Position numbers and translations under genes: made by a program
Shown: positions 1-8,527 of the stretch, piece after piece
How positions within the stretch are numbered: the stretch's first letter is position 1
How the letters are laid out: each line of letters starts with the position of its first letter
Origin: Verrucomicrobiia bacterium
GTDB taxonomy: Bacteria; Verrucomicrobiota; Verrucomicrobiia; Limisphaerales; UBA1319
Assembly (NCBI GenBank): GCA_963664225.1
Contig: OY760937.1
Coordinates: 3,200,001-3,264,000, forward strand
Direction: 5' to 3'
Length of the DNA stretch: 64,000 bases
Notes under the pieces: model-generated
Told to the model about the DNA's origin: nothing
The model's input: the letters and a program-made list of their open reading frames with translations, nothing else
Database searches by the model: none

Positions 1-1930
1 GAGACGTACGCTTTTGCATACACAAGTCACTACCCTCGACCAGGTATGGATTGATATTTTTAACTTCAAGAGCCGATGGGCTATGCGGGTCACTGTCGTA
101 GTCCCATATCTTCTTTAGGGATATCTCGCCTTTGCCAAAGCCAATAATGACAACATGGACATGGGCCTTGCCTCTTGCTTCGCTTGTCCATGCAAATGTG
201 CGGTGGGCGAAGTGAATCTTTATATGATACCGCCCGAATAGTTCTCCCCAAAGAATTCCCGGTTGCTCACCTTGGCTAATACTGTTCGTGGAAACAAAGG
301 CGCATCGTGGGCATGCCGTTCCGAGGTATTCGGCCGTCTTGAAATACCAGGCGGTGACATAATCGAGCACGCCAGCCCCTTTAACCCTTCCCCAGATATG
401 ATCCATATCCTCTTTCTGAGAGGAGGTCATCAAATGTTTCCCCACAAACGGGGGATTGCCGAGAATGAAGGCACACTTTTCCGGGGCGATCACGGTTTTC
501 CAGTCGATGCGGAGGGCGTTTCCGCAAACGATGGTGGGGGATTTCTTGAGTGGCAGACGCTGGTAGAGCTGGCCGAAGGCTTCCGAGACCTCCAGATTCA
601 TGAGATGGTCCATGAGCCAGAGGGCGACTTCGGCGATGCGGGCGGGCCATTCCTGAATTTCGATGCCGAACATCTGGTCCACGTCCACCCGGGAAAGGCG
701 GTTGACGTCGTCCAGTGTCATTTCCGTTTGTTTGCCAAAAAGCTCCTTCAACAGGGCCAGTTCCAGACGCCGCAACTCGCGATAGGTGATGATGAGGAAA
801 TTTCCGCAGCCGCAGGCGGGATCGAAAAAGCGCAGGGAGCAAATCTTCTCGTGAAATTCCTCGAGGCGAACGCGGCGGCGATTGGAACGGTCCAGCCTGA
901 TGGTTTCGAATTCGGCCCAGAGGTCGTCCAGAAAGAGGGACCGGACCACCTTCAAAATATCGCGTTCCGAGGTGTAATGGCCGCCGATCTGGCGCCGGGC
1001 TCTGGGCTCCATCACCGCCTGGAATAGAGAGCCGAAGATGGCGGGGGATATCCGGGACCAATCGAAATCCGTGCATTTCAACAGGGCGTCCCGCATGGCC
1101 GAGTTGAAATCGGCAAACCCGAGGTCTTCCGAATAGAGGTCCCCGTTCACGTAGGGGAACGCGGCGAGGGTTTCGTCGAGATTCTTTTGGCGCTGCTCCG
1201 GTTTTTGGTTCAGCACGGCAAAGAGCCTGGCGAGGTGCATGCCCAGATCGGAGCCGTCCGCGCTGGTCCGGTTTTCGAGGTAGAGGCTGAAGGCTTCCCT
1301 CTCGAAGAGGCCGGTATCCTCGGCAAACAGGCAAAAGAGAATGCGGACCAGGAAGCGTTCCAAATCGTGACCGGTGTAGCCGCCGCTGGCCAAGGCGTCG
1401 TGCAAATCACCCATTTTTTCAACGGCCTTGACGTTGATGGGGTCCTGTTCCTCGTATTTGTGCTGTTTGTAACCGGGGATGAACGCGAAGTGGTGAATGT
1501 TTTTGTGGAATTCGGTCAGAGGAAACTCAATCGGCTGGTAAGTTTTCGGGTCCTCCGGCTCGAGGTCGTGGATGGCGATTCTGGCGAAGTCCGAGACGAT
1601 GACGTAGCGGGGGATTTCATTCTGCCGACCGGAATTGGCGAGTTCCTGAATGTATTGGAAGGCCTGCGAACCCGCCCGGCCAAGATCCTTCCCGGCGGAT
1701 TTGTGTTCGGCCAGGAGCATTTTCTTCCAAAAGAGATCGATGTAGCTGAAAGAGCCTTTGAGATTCTTTACGGGTTCCTCGAAGGTGGCGACCAGACGGC
1801 GCTTGAGGCCGAATACGTTGAAAAAATCATCCCAGAAACTTTTGGCTTCGGCGTCCTCCCTGGTTTCAGCCTTCCAATCCTTCGAAAAGACAATGGCACG
1901 TTGTTTTATCTCGTTCCAACTTAAAGGCAT
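1..1930 (-). CDS. MmeI-like type IIL restriction-modification enzyme (endonuclease plus adenine methyltransferase), 3' end runs off the window
   Basis: Absent from the ORF track because no stop lies in the window. Hand translation from ATG at 1930 gives MPLSWNEIKQRAIVFSKDW..., resembling the MmeI N-terminus. Also present: IDLFW..LLAEHKS nuclease-like motif, DPACGCGNFL (motif I), ILGNPPFVG (motif IV), FVSTNSI and NINPYL. Confidence 0.9.
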   Translation of the reverse strand, partial: MPLSWNEIKQRAIVFSKDWKAETREDAEAKSFWDDFFNVFGLKRRLVATFEEPVKNLKGSFSYIDLFWKKMLLAEHKSAGKDLGRAGSQAFQYIQELANSGRQNEIPRYVIVSDFARIAIHDLEPEDPKTYQPIEFPLTEFHKNIHHFAFIPGYKQHKYEEQDPINVKAVEKMGDLHDALASGGYTGHDLERFLVRILFCLFAEDTGLFEREAFSLYLENRTSADGSDLGMHLARLFAVLNQKPEQRQKNLDETLAAFPYVNGDLYSEDLGFADFNSAMRDALLKCTDFDWSRISPAIFGSLFQAVMEPRARRQIGGHYTSERDILKVVRSLFLDDLWAEFETIRLDRSNRRRVRLEEFHEKICSLRFFDPACGCGNFLIITYRELRRLELALLKELFGKQTEMTLDDVNRLSRVDVDQMFGIEIQEWPARIAEVALWLMDHLMNLEVSEAFGQLYQRLPLKKSPTIVCGNALRIDWKTVIAPEKCAFILGNPPFVGKHLMTSSQKEDMDHIWGRVKGAGVLDYVTAWYFKTAEYLGTACPRCAFVSTNSISQGEQPGILWGELFGRYHIKIHFAHRTFAWTSEARGKAHVHVVIIGFGKGEISLKKIWDYDSDPHSPSALEVKNINPYLVEGSDLCMQKRTS

Positions 1931-2093
1931 AACGGTGCTCTTATAGGGGTTAATTTGTTTTTGAGCAAAACATATTCGACCGGTCCCAAGGCGGGGAAAA
2001 TGACCGCAGAGGCAAAGAGGCATGGAGAGACCAAAAAACGGAATATAAACATGGATGGGCAGGATGAGCAGGATTGGGGGATGGGATTTGATT

Positions 2094-2191
2094 CAACGCT
2101 TACAGCGTTGGGATTTCAGGGGACGGGGACCCCGGGTAGCCCTCGGCGGGCAACCCGGGTCTGAATGATTTAATCCCTTCGGGATAATGAG
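2094..2191 (+). repeat. ~98-bp three-hairpin palindromic repeat, copy 1
   Basis: Near-identical to 2960-3059. Hairpins are CAACGCT-tac-AGCGTTG, CCCGGGTAGC...GCAACCCGGG and ATCCC-ttc-GGGAT. Confidence 0.9.
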
Positions 2192-2367
2192 ATGCAAATC
2201 CCGCGCCGCAGTGGTTGATTGGAGATTAAGCGCCACCATATCTGCCAGACTGGAACAGGTCGCGCCACGATTCGGCAATCGTCCCACCCACGCAACCCTC
2301 ATTGGAATGCAATCATCCAACCCCGATCAACCAACCTCAACCGCATTCCGTAATCGCCCCATCCGCG

Positions 2368-2470
2368 CAATCCTGTAGGGATTGCAATCACTCAGCCCCG
2401 GGTCGCGAGGAACGAGCCACCCGGGGTCATCGTCCACCCTCCATAATTTCCCCAACGCTGTAGGCGTTGA
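2368..2470 (-). repeat. Diverged inverted copy of the three-hairpin repeat
   Basis: Same three hairpins in reverse order: CAATCC-tgtag-GGATTG, CCCCGGGT...ACCCGGGG, CAACGC-tgtag-GCGTTG. Lies just upstream of the transposase. Confidence 0.8.
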
Positions 2471-2501
2471 AGCAAATTCGTGAATCGTAAATCCTCGGAG
2501 C

Positions 2502-2957
2502 ATGCCTAAATCCCTTGCAAAGATTCTCGTGCATACGGTTTTCTCAACCAAAGACCGCCGCCCATTTCTTCGTGACAAATTGCTCCGGCAGGAACTGCAT
2601 TGTTACCTTGGAGGCATCCTGGCCCAACTCGAATGCCAGCCCATCCTTTTTGGCGGCGCGGAAGACCATGTGCATCTGCTCTGCGCCTTGTCGCGCACCT
2701 GCGAGGCGTCCGCGATGGTCAGGGAAGTCAAACGCGGATCAACGTTGTGGTTGAAATCAAAAGATCAGACCCTGAACGATTTTTCATGGCAAAACGGCTA
2801 CGGCATTTTTTCAATCGGTTTTTCACAAATTGCAGCAGCGCGCAAATACATCACAGAACAGGAGTGCCATCATCGCAAAATCTCCTTTCAAGACGAATAC
2901 CGCGAATTCTTAAAACGATACGAAATTGAATGGGACGAACGCCATGTATGGGACTGA
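2502..2957 (+). CDS. tnpA: IS200/IS605-family HUH (Y1) transposase, possibly REP-associated
   Basis: 151 aa with HTVFSTK, HUH motif DHVHLL, WQNGY and catalytic YxxxQ (YITEQ). No tnpB nearby. Confidence 0.9.
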   Translation: MPKSLAKILVHTVFSTKDRRPFLRDKLLRQELHCYLGGILAQLECQPILFGGAEDHVHLLCALSRTCEASAMVREVKRGSTLWLKSKDQTLNDFSWQNGYGIFSIGFSQIAAARKYITEQECHHRKISFQDEYREFLKRYEIEWDERHVWD

Positions 2958-2959
2958 TC

Positions 2960-3059
2960 CAACTCCTACAGCGTTGGGATTTCAGGGGGGGCGGGGACCC
3001 CGGGTAGCCCTCGGCGGGCAACCCGGGTCTGAATGATTTAATCCCTTCGGGATAATGAG
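2960..3059 (+). repeat. ~100-bp three-hairpin palindromic repeat, copy 2
   Basis: Direct repeat of 2094-2191 starting 3 bp after the tnpA stop. Degenerate partial copies continue to ~3125. Confidence 0.9.
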
Positions 3060-3217
3060 GTGCCAACCTGGGCAGCGCTTTCCCCGGCAACCTGGGCTGA
3101 ATGATTGCAGTCCGTTCCGGGTTGCACGGAGGATGGGCGGTCACGTGCAGTGCAGGGGGAATTTTGAATTTTGAAGAGATGTCCGACTTTAAATGCCTCT
3201 GCCATACGATGTCCGAA

Positions 3218-3273
3218 CCGGCTGAAGCCGGGACTCCATGCCCCGGAACGCCGGGTCGGGGGACCCGGCCTAC
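3218..3273 (-). repeat. Two REP-like hairpins (GGAG-tagged and GTAG-tagged)
   Basis: Minus strand reads GTAGGCCGGGTCCCCCGACCCGGCG (3249-3273) and GGAGTCCCGGCTTCAGCCGG (3218-3237). Confidence 0.65.
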
Positions 3274-3517
3274 AAGCTGATGCGCCTGAATATGTTGTAC
3301 GCCACGCGCCTTCGTGCGGCATTATATAATGCTGTGCCGCAGGGTTTTATAGAATGGCTGTATGGAAGGATCAAAGGCACAGAGGCGAATGGAAAGCCGC
3401 AGTTGAGGCAAGGACGGTGATTCAAACCGGTGAATGGGTGTGAATAAACGCCTATCATGAGAAAATTCGGGGAAATCCCAAAATATTCCATTTTTCTTTC
3501 AAAATTTGCATAAAAAA

Positions 3518-3542
3518 TGAACTTTTCGCCCGCAGGTTCGTC
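3518..3542 (+). promoter_or_regulatory. Putative ECF sigma promoter of sRNA unit 1
   Basis: TGAAC...CGTC with AAC-N17-GTC spacing, repeated upstream of units 2 and 3. Confidence 0.5.
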
Positions 3543-3549
3543 GAACGTG

Positions 3550-3681
3550 TGGTAATTATACGGGGTATAGGTTGTTTAGAACCGGCGGTTGCTCCAACAA
3601 CAGTCGGGATTAGACATTGGTTAACGGAACAGGTTGTTTGGGTTAAGCGGGCGTCGCAAGGCGTCCGCTTTCCTTTTTTTT
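3550..3681 (+). ncRNA. Putative sRNA, sibling 1
   Basis: 5' hairpin TGTTTAG/TTAGACA enclosing CCGGC/GTCGG and GTTG/CAAC; core GGTTAACGGAACAGGTTGTTTGGGTT at 3619; terminator 3645-3681. The 5' end is estimated. Confidence 0.65.
3645..3681 (+). terminator. Intrinsic terminator
   Basis: AAGCGGGCGTC-gcaa-GGCGTCCGCTT followed by a T-rich tract. Confidence 0.85.
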
Positions 3682-3698
3682 CAGGGGTAAAAGATTTT

Positions 3699-3725
3699 TG
3701 TAACCGAACTGGCTGTGTCGTGTCA
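3699..3725 (+). promoter_or_regulatory. Putative ECF sigma promoter of sRNA unit 2
   Basis: TGTAAC-N17-GTCA. Confidence 0.55.
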
Positions 3726-3732
3726 CTTATTA

Positions 3733-3839
3733 TGGAATGTTTGGTGCTGGCTGTCCTTGTGACATCTGGTTGCAAGCATTGGTTAACGGAACGGGTTGTT
3801 AAGGCTGAGCGGACGTCTTGTGGCGTCCGCTCTTTTTTT
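3733..3839 (+). ncRNA. Putative sRNA, sibling 2
   Basis: 5' hairpin AATGTTTG/CAAGCATT with apical TGTC/GACA; core GGTTAACGGAACGGGTTGTT at 3781; terminator 3807-3839. Confidence 0.65.
3807..3839 (+). terminator. Intrinsic terminator
   Basis: GAGCGGACGTC-ttgt-GGCGTCCGCTC followed by a T run. Confidence 0.85.
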
Positions 3840-3850
3840 GGTGTGGGATT

Positions 3851-3878
3851 TGTAACCTGTCAGGGGGTTGGTGCGTCA
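3851..3878 (+). promoter_or_regulatory. Putative ECF sigma promoter of sRNA unit 3
   Basis: TGTAAC-N18-GTCA. Confidence 0.55.
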
Positions 3879-3885
3879 AAGAAGG

Positions 3886-4010
3886 GTGTACAGTGGTTGT
3901 ACAGGGCAGTTTTCTGCCGGCAGTCCAATTATGACGGCCGGGATTAAACAGAGGTTAACGGAACAGGTTGTTTGGGTTGAGCGGACGTCGCAAGGCGTCC
4001 GCTTTTTTTT
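3886..4010 (+). ncRNA. Putative sRNA, sibling 3
   Basis: 5' hairpin with CCGGC/GCCGG and GTC/GAC, followed by GGGATTAAACA as in unit 1; core at 3953; terminator 3979-4010. Confidence 0.65.
3979..4010 (+). terminator. Intrinsic terminator
   Basis: GAGCGGACGTC-gcaa-GGCGTCCGCTT followed by a T run. Confidence 0.85.
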
Positions 4011-4051
4011 GAGGTTGAACCCCGCCCGAACCTGCCACACACTGGACCCAT

Positions 4052-4774
4052 ATGGGCGCACAATGGAAACAAGCCGGACGTGAAGCAAATGCGCAGAAGC
4101 GCGGCCAGATGGTCGTGAAGCTCGTGCGCGAAATTGTCGTGGCCGCCAAATTGGGCGGCGCGGATCCTGAGACCAACGCGCGCCTGGCGGCGGCCCTGGA
4201 AAAGGCCCGCAAGAGTTCGGTGACTCGGGACACCATCGAACGCGCCATTAAAAAAGGGTCGGGGCAGACGGATGAAAAGGTGGTTTACGAGCTGGTCACT
4301 TACGAGGGCTTTGGCCCGCACAAGGTGCCCGTGGTTGTGGAATGCCTGACCGATAACCGGAACCGCACCGCGCCGGAGATTCGTAATTTGTTCAAGGGCG
4401 GTTCCATGGGCCAGCCCGGCAGTGTCGCCTTTTTCTTTAATCACACCGGTGTGATTGAGGGGACGCACACCGATACCACCCGAGACGCGGAGACGGACGC
4501 CATCGAGGCGGGCGCGCAGGAGGTGGAGCCATTGGAGGCCGATGAAGTGCCCGAAGGCCAGAAGGGCGCGCGGTTCATGGTGGATGCGCGCGAACTGGAC
4601 CATGTGACCAAGGCCCTGAAGGCGGCGGGGTGGAAGATTCTGGCGTCGGAAATCCGCTATGTGGCCAAGAGTTTCCCCGAGCTTTCTGAATCGGCGCACA
4701 AGGAAGTCGCCGCGTTTTTGAATGGATTGGACGATCACGACGACGTTCACCGGGTCTATGCCGCGATGCGGTAG
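4052..4774 (+). CDS. yebC: YebC/PmpR (TACO1) family protein
   Basis: GGADPETNARL, YEGFGP, VECLTDNRNRT and DDHDDVHRVY motifs; 240 aa. Confidence 0.95.
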   Translation: MGAQWKQAGREANAQKRGQMVVKLVREIVVAAKLGGADPETNARLAAALEKARKSSVTRDTIERAIKKGSGQTDEKVVYELVTYEGFGPHKVPVVVECLTDNRNRTAPEIRNLFKGGSMGQPGSVAFFFNHTGVIEGTHTDTTRDAETDAIEAGAQEVEPLEADEVPEGQKGARFMVDARELDHVTKALKAAGWKILASEIRYVAKSFPELSESAHKEVAAFLNGLDDHDDVHRVYAAMR

Positions 4775-5084
4775 GTTTTGTCCCTGCTGGGAAAAGTGGG
4801 TTTGAGGTCGGTGGACTGTTCCCCTCGATCCGGTCGATCGGGCCGGGGCTGCGCGTGATGCCGCGGTCGCTTCGTTTCCAATGAGTTAAATCCCCGGACT
4901 CAACATGCAATAATGCGGGAGGCCCCTCCCCCCAACAAGGGGCGCGTTACATTAAGTTTGATAATGCGCCGACAGCGGTTATAAATGCCGGTCATAAGAC
5001 CGGGTTTAAAACTGTGTGCGCTGGCATTGCATTCAGGATTCCTGATCGTTCAGGAATGGTTCGCCCGGAACAGGATTAGTAATT

Positions 5085-6365
5085 GTGACAACCAGAGCTT
5101 TGAGTTCAGACGAACCCCGCCGGCGCGCGGTCATTACCGGCATCGGCGTAGTGGCCCCCAACGGACAGGATGTGGATACCTTCTGGCGTTCCGTTCGCGA
5201 TGGGCAAAGCGCGGCGGATTGGATCACGCAGTTCGATACAACGGCTTTTGCGAACAAGATCGGGGCGGAGATACGGGATTTCGATTGCACCTGGTTTCTG
5301 GACGCGAAGAAGACGCGGCGCTACGACAAATGCATTAAGTACGCCATTATTGCGGCCGCCAAAGCGGTGAAAGATTCCGGCGTGGACATCGCCGCCATCG
5401 ATGCCGACCGGCTGGGGGTCGTGGAAGGCACAACGGCCAGCGGGTTGGACAGTGTGTTCAAAGCGCACAGGCCGTGGGTTCTGGGCAATCTCAAGAATGT
5501 GAATCCCATTCTTGTCATCAATGGGTTTGTGGGAGAGGGGAGCAGCGCCGTGGCCCTTGAACTGGGACTGCATGCCCATGCGATCACGTTATGCAGCGGG
5601 TGCTGTTCGAGCAATGACGCCATCGGGTACGCATTGGACATGATCCAGGATGACGAAGCCGATGTGATGATCGCGGGCGGGGCGGACGCGCACGTCATGT
5701 CGGAGTTGTGGGCTTGCTTCTCCTCGTTGGGGGTGATGACGGAGCAGAAGGAGAATCCGAAGGGGTCCATGCGGCCCTTTAACCGGCAGCGGGATGGATT
5801 CGTGCTGGCGGAAGGCTCGGTTTTCCTGGTGGTGGAGGAACTGTCGCACGCACTGGCCCGGGGCGCGCGCATTTACGCGGAATTGCTGGCGCATGGACGG
5901 AGTTGCGAGGCGCATCATTCGGTGGATCTGCACCCGGAGGGAGTAGGCACGGTGCGGGCGATGGAGAAAGCGATGAAGAAAGCGCGCCTTGAGCGCGAGC
6001 AGATACAATATATCAATGCGCACGGAACGGCCACCAAGACCAATGACCCGATCGAAACGAAGGCGATCAAGAAATTCTTTGGGGCTCACGCTTATCGCCT
6101 GGCGGTCAGTTCCACCAAACCGATCACCGGCCACATGATGGGTTCGGTGGCTGCAGCGGAAACGGCGATCTGCGCCTTAAGCCTTTTCCACGAGGTTATT
6201 CCGGCGACGATCAACCTTACAGAACCGGCGGCCGGTTGCGATCTGGATTACGTGCCCAATGTGAGCCGGCCTTATCCAATCAAGTATGCCCTGAATCTGA
6301 GCAGCGGGTTTGGAGGGAAAAATTCCTGCCTGGTTCTGGGGTGTTATACCCCGGGCGCAGAATGA
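5085..6365 (+). CDS. fabF: Beta-ketoacyl-ACP synthase II (FabF family)
   Basis: AVITGIGVVAP, active-site Cys region CSGCCSS, INAHGTAT, STKPITGH and SSGFGG. Confidence 0.9.
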   Translation: MTTRALSSDEPRRRAVITGIGVVAPNGQDVDTFWRSVRDGQSAADWITQFDTTAFANKIGAEIRDFDCTWFLDAKKTRRYDKCIKYAIIAAAKAVKDSGVDIAAIDADRLGVVEGTTASGLDSVFKAHRPWVLGNLKNVNPILVINGFVGEGSSAVALELGLHAHAITLCSGCCSSNDAIGYALDMIQDDEADVMIAGGADAHVMSELWACFSSLGVMTEQKENPKGSMRPFNRQRDGFVLAEGSVFLVVEELSHALARGARIYAELLAHGRSCEAHHSVDLHPEGVGTVRAMEKAMKKARLEREQIQYINAHGTATKTNDPIETKAIKKFFGAHAYRLAVSSTKPITGHMMGSVAAAETAICALSLFHEVIPATINLTEPAAGCDLDYVPNVSRPYPIKYALNLSSGFGGKNSCLVLGCYTPGAE

Positions 6366-8527
6366 ATTTTTACGTAATCACCACGATCACGGCGGCGATT
6401 TTTCATCTGCTGCTGGTTGGATTCGTCCTCAGTCAGAATCTTCGTTCGAGCGTCAACCGCGTTTACGCCTTTTGGGGCGGGACATTGACGCTGTGGAATC
6501 TGGTCTGCTACATGAAGTACCAGGCCTATGTGAACCACAACGAACATTCGGGCCGGATATGGCTTCAATTCGTGCATCTGAGTGTCATAATGTTGCCCCT
6601 CGCATTTTACCACCTCTACTTCCTGATCGCTCGCGTCAAAAAACCGATGGTGCTGGGCGCGTTTTATTTCGTGACCGCATGTTTTGCGGTCAGTGTCTTT
6701 ACCCCTTATTATATTCGCAGCATTTATGGAACGCCGTTTGGCTATGTCGTCAAGGGAGGTCCGGCGTTCTATTTGTTCATGGTGGCCTATTTCATCGTCG
6801 GAATTGTCACGATTCCGGTTCTTTATTTCCATCAAAAGAGACTCGCGCCCATGCACCGCAACCGGCTGCGTGCCCTGCTTTTGGCTTTCACCATGTTCGT
6901 CCTGTCAGGAATGCACGACATGGTGCTGGTCCTGGGCAAGACAAAATACCCGTTGTTGGGATTCCAGATTTATCCGGTGGGAAACCTGACAGCGATTTTT
7001 TTAGGCCTGGTGGTGGCGTATAGCGTGCTTCAACATCAAATGTTGAACGTTCATGTGACCTTGAGCCGGTTTGCGGCGCAATTAGTGCGGGTGATGTTCA
7101 TCTTCTTATTGGGCCTTCTTTGCCTCATGATTATGTATCTCATTGCGCCGGCCAAATTCTCACCGTTCTCCTTATTCAGCGGGTTGTTTGTCCTGCTCGT
7201 TTCAGCAACGTTAACGTCGGTTTTGTTTCCGCGTTTTTTTGGCAAGGGTGAGGAGACGCTGGAACGCCGGATTTTGGGCGACCGCTTCGAATATCAGGAT
7301 CGGGTGCGCGGATTTATTCAGACGATTCCGCTATACGCCGATTCGGAGCTGCTGATTTCCGACCTGCACGGTCTGTTGGTCAACACCATGGGGGTGAAGA
7401 CCTACCAGATCATTCTCCTGGATGAGGCCAGGCGGGAGTTCTCGATGTTCCGGGCCGAACCGCCCGCGTTGCACGATAAAATCCCGGGACTGAGCCTCAA
7501 TTCGCCCATTTTCCACTTTTTCCAGAGCTCCAATGCCGATTTTCTGGCCTATAAACTCGCCTATGCGCTGCCGGGGGAGACGGAGGTCGAGCGGAACGCG
7601 CGCAAAGTGCTCGTGGAATACGATCCGGAATTCTGTTTTCCACTCACCGCCGAGGGCATGCCTTTCGGCCTTTTGCTGATTGGCGAAAAAACGTCCAGCG
7701 AACCTTATACCACCCAGGACATCAAACTCCTGGTCGAAATGGTTAAGAACCTGGGTCTGGTGCTCAACCAGATCCGGCTCAAGAAGCAGATTCTTCTCAG
7801 TGAGGAAATGGAATTGATGGGCACGATGTCCCGGGGGATCGCCCATGATTTGAACAACCTCCTCACTCCCGTATTCACCTATCTGCAACTGGCCGAGTCG
7901 GGTTTCCAATCCGAGGAAATGCGCACGGATTTGCTTCCCTCAGCCATGCGCAACACCCAGGCGATCCGCAATTACGTGTCCGAGGCGCTGTTTTTCTCCA
8001 AGACGCAGAGGCTCCAACTGCAACTTGTGCCATTGGACAAAGTGGTTCAGGCGGCGGTGGCGCTGGCGCAAAGGAGCTTGAAGGAAAAGGGGATCGCCCT
8101 ATCTGCGGAGACTCAGCCGGGGATCGAATTGGAAATTGACGAAGTGCTGATTCAGCGGCTGATTGGGAATTTGATCAGCAACGCCATTGACGCCTCCGCT
8201 GAAGGAACGAGAATCACAGTCCAGGTGCTGCGGCTGGGAAAAACGGAGGCCGCGCGGGATTGGTATCGGCTCTGCGTTTCCGATCAAGGCGAGGGGATCA
8301 GCCCGGAGAATCTAAAGAAAGTGATCACTCCCTACTTCACAACCAAGGACTTGGGGAGCCAGACGCGGGGCTTTGGATTGGGGCTTGCCATTTGCCGTAA
8401 AATCGTGCATCTCCATGGAGGACAATTAACTATCGAGAGCGAGTTGCACATTGGCACCAAAGTAAATGTGGATTTACCAAGTCGGCAAATGATCCAACCC
8501 GATGTGGCTGTTGCCGCTAAAGCATGA
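6362..8527 (+). CDS. Membrane sensor histidine kinase (multi-TM N-terminus, GAF, HisKA, HATPase)
   Basis: Start taken at ATG 6362 (ATGA overlap with the fabF stop). About 8-9 hydrophobic helices; IAHDLNNLL, NLISNAIDA, DQGEGI, YFTTK and GFGLGL boxes. Confidence 0.9.
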   Translation: MNFYVITTITAAIFHLLLVGFVLSQNLRSSVNRVYAFWGGTLTLWNLVCYMKYQAYVNHNEHSGRIWLQFVHLSVIMLPLAFYHLYFLIARVKKPMVLGAFYFVTACFAVSVFTPYYIRSIYGTPFGYVVKGGPAFYLFMVAYFIVGIVTIPVLYFHQKRLAPMHRNRLRALLLAFTMFVLSGMHDMVLVLGKTKYPLLGFQIYPVGNLTAIFLGLVVAYSVLQHQMLNVHVTLSRFAAQLVRVMFIFLLGLLCLMIMYLIAPAKFSPFSLFSGLFVLLVSATLTSVLFPRFFGKGEETLERRILGDRFEYQDRVRGFIQTIPLYADSELLISDLHGLLVNTMGVKTYQIILLDEARREFSMFRAEPPALHDKIPGLSLNSPIFHFFQSSNADFLAYKLAYALPGETEVERNARKVLVEYDPEFCFPLTAEGMPFGLLLIGEKTSSEPYTTQDIKLLVEMVKNLGLVLNQIRLKKQILLSEEMELMGTMSRGIAHDLNNLLTPVFTYLQLAESGFQSEEMRTDLLPSAMRNTQAIRNYVSEALFFSKTQRLQLQLVPLDKVVQAAVALAQRSLKEKGIALSAETQPGIELEIDEVLIQRLIGNLISNAIDASAEGTRITVQVLRLGKTEAARDWYRLCVSDQGEGISPENLKKVITPYFTTKDLGSQTRGFGLGLAICRKIVHLHGGQLTIESELHIGTKVNVDLPSRQMIQPDVAVAAKA

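Noticed and set aside
263..1924. Plus-strand ORFs 263-1027 and 1187-1924, and minus ORF 381-1334
   Set aside because: Shadow or alternate frames of the MmeI-like gene on the minus strand.
3549..4088. ORFs 3549-3947, 3455-3775, 3868-4083 and 3876-4088; also a CRISPR-like reading of the three repeats
   Set aside because: The ORFs run through terminators and T tracts. The long inter-repeat segments contain promoter-like and hairpin elements rather than 30-40-nt spacers.
6236..6361. Longer N-termini from the ORF track (for example 6236, 10619, 27231, 36133, 37922, 51723, 54513)
   Set aside because: The extensions overlap neighbouring genes or precede clear signal peptides or domain starts, so downstream ATGs were chosen.
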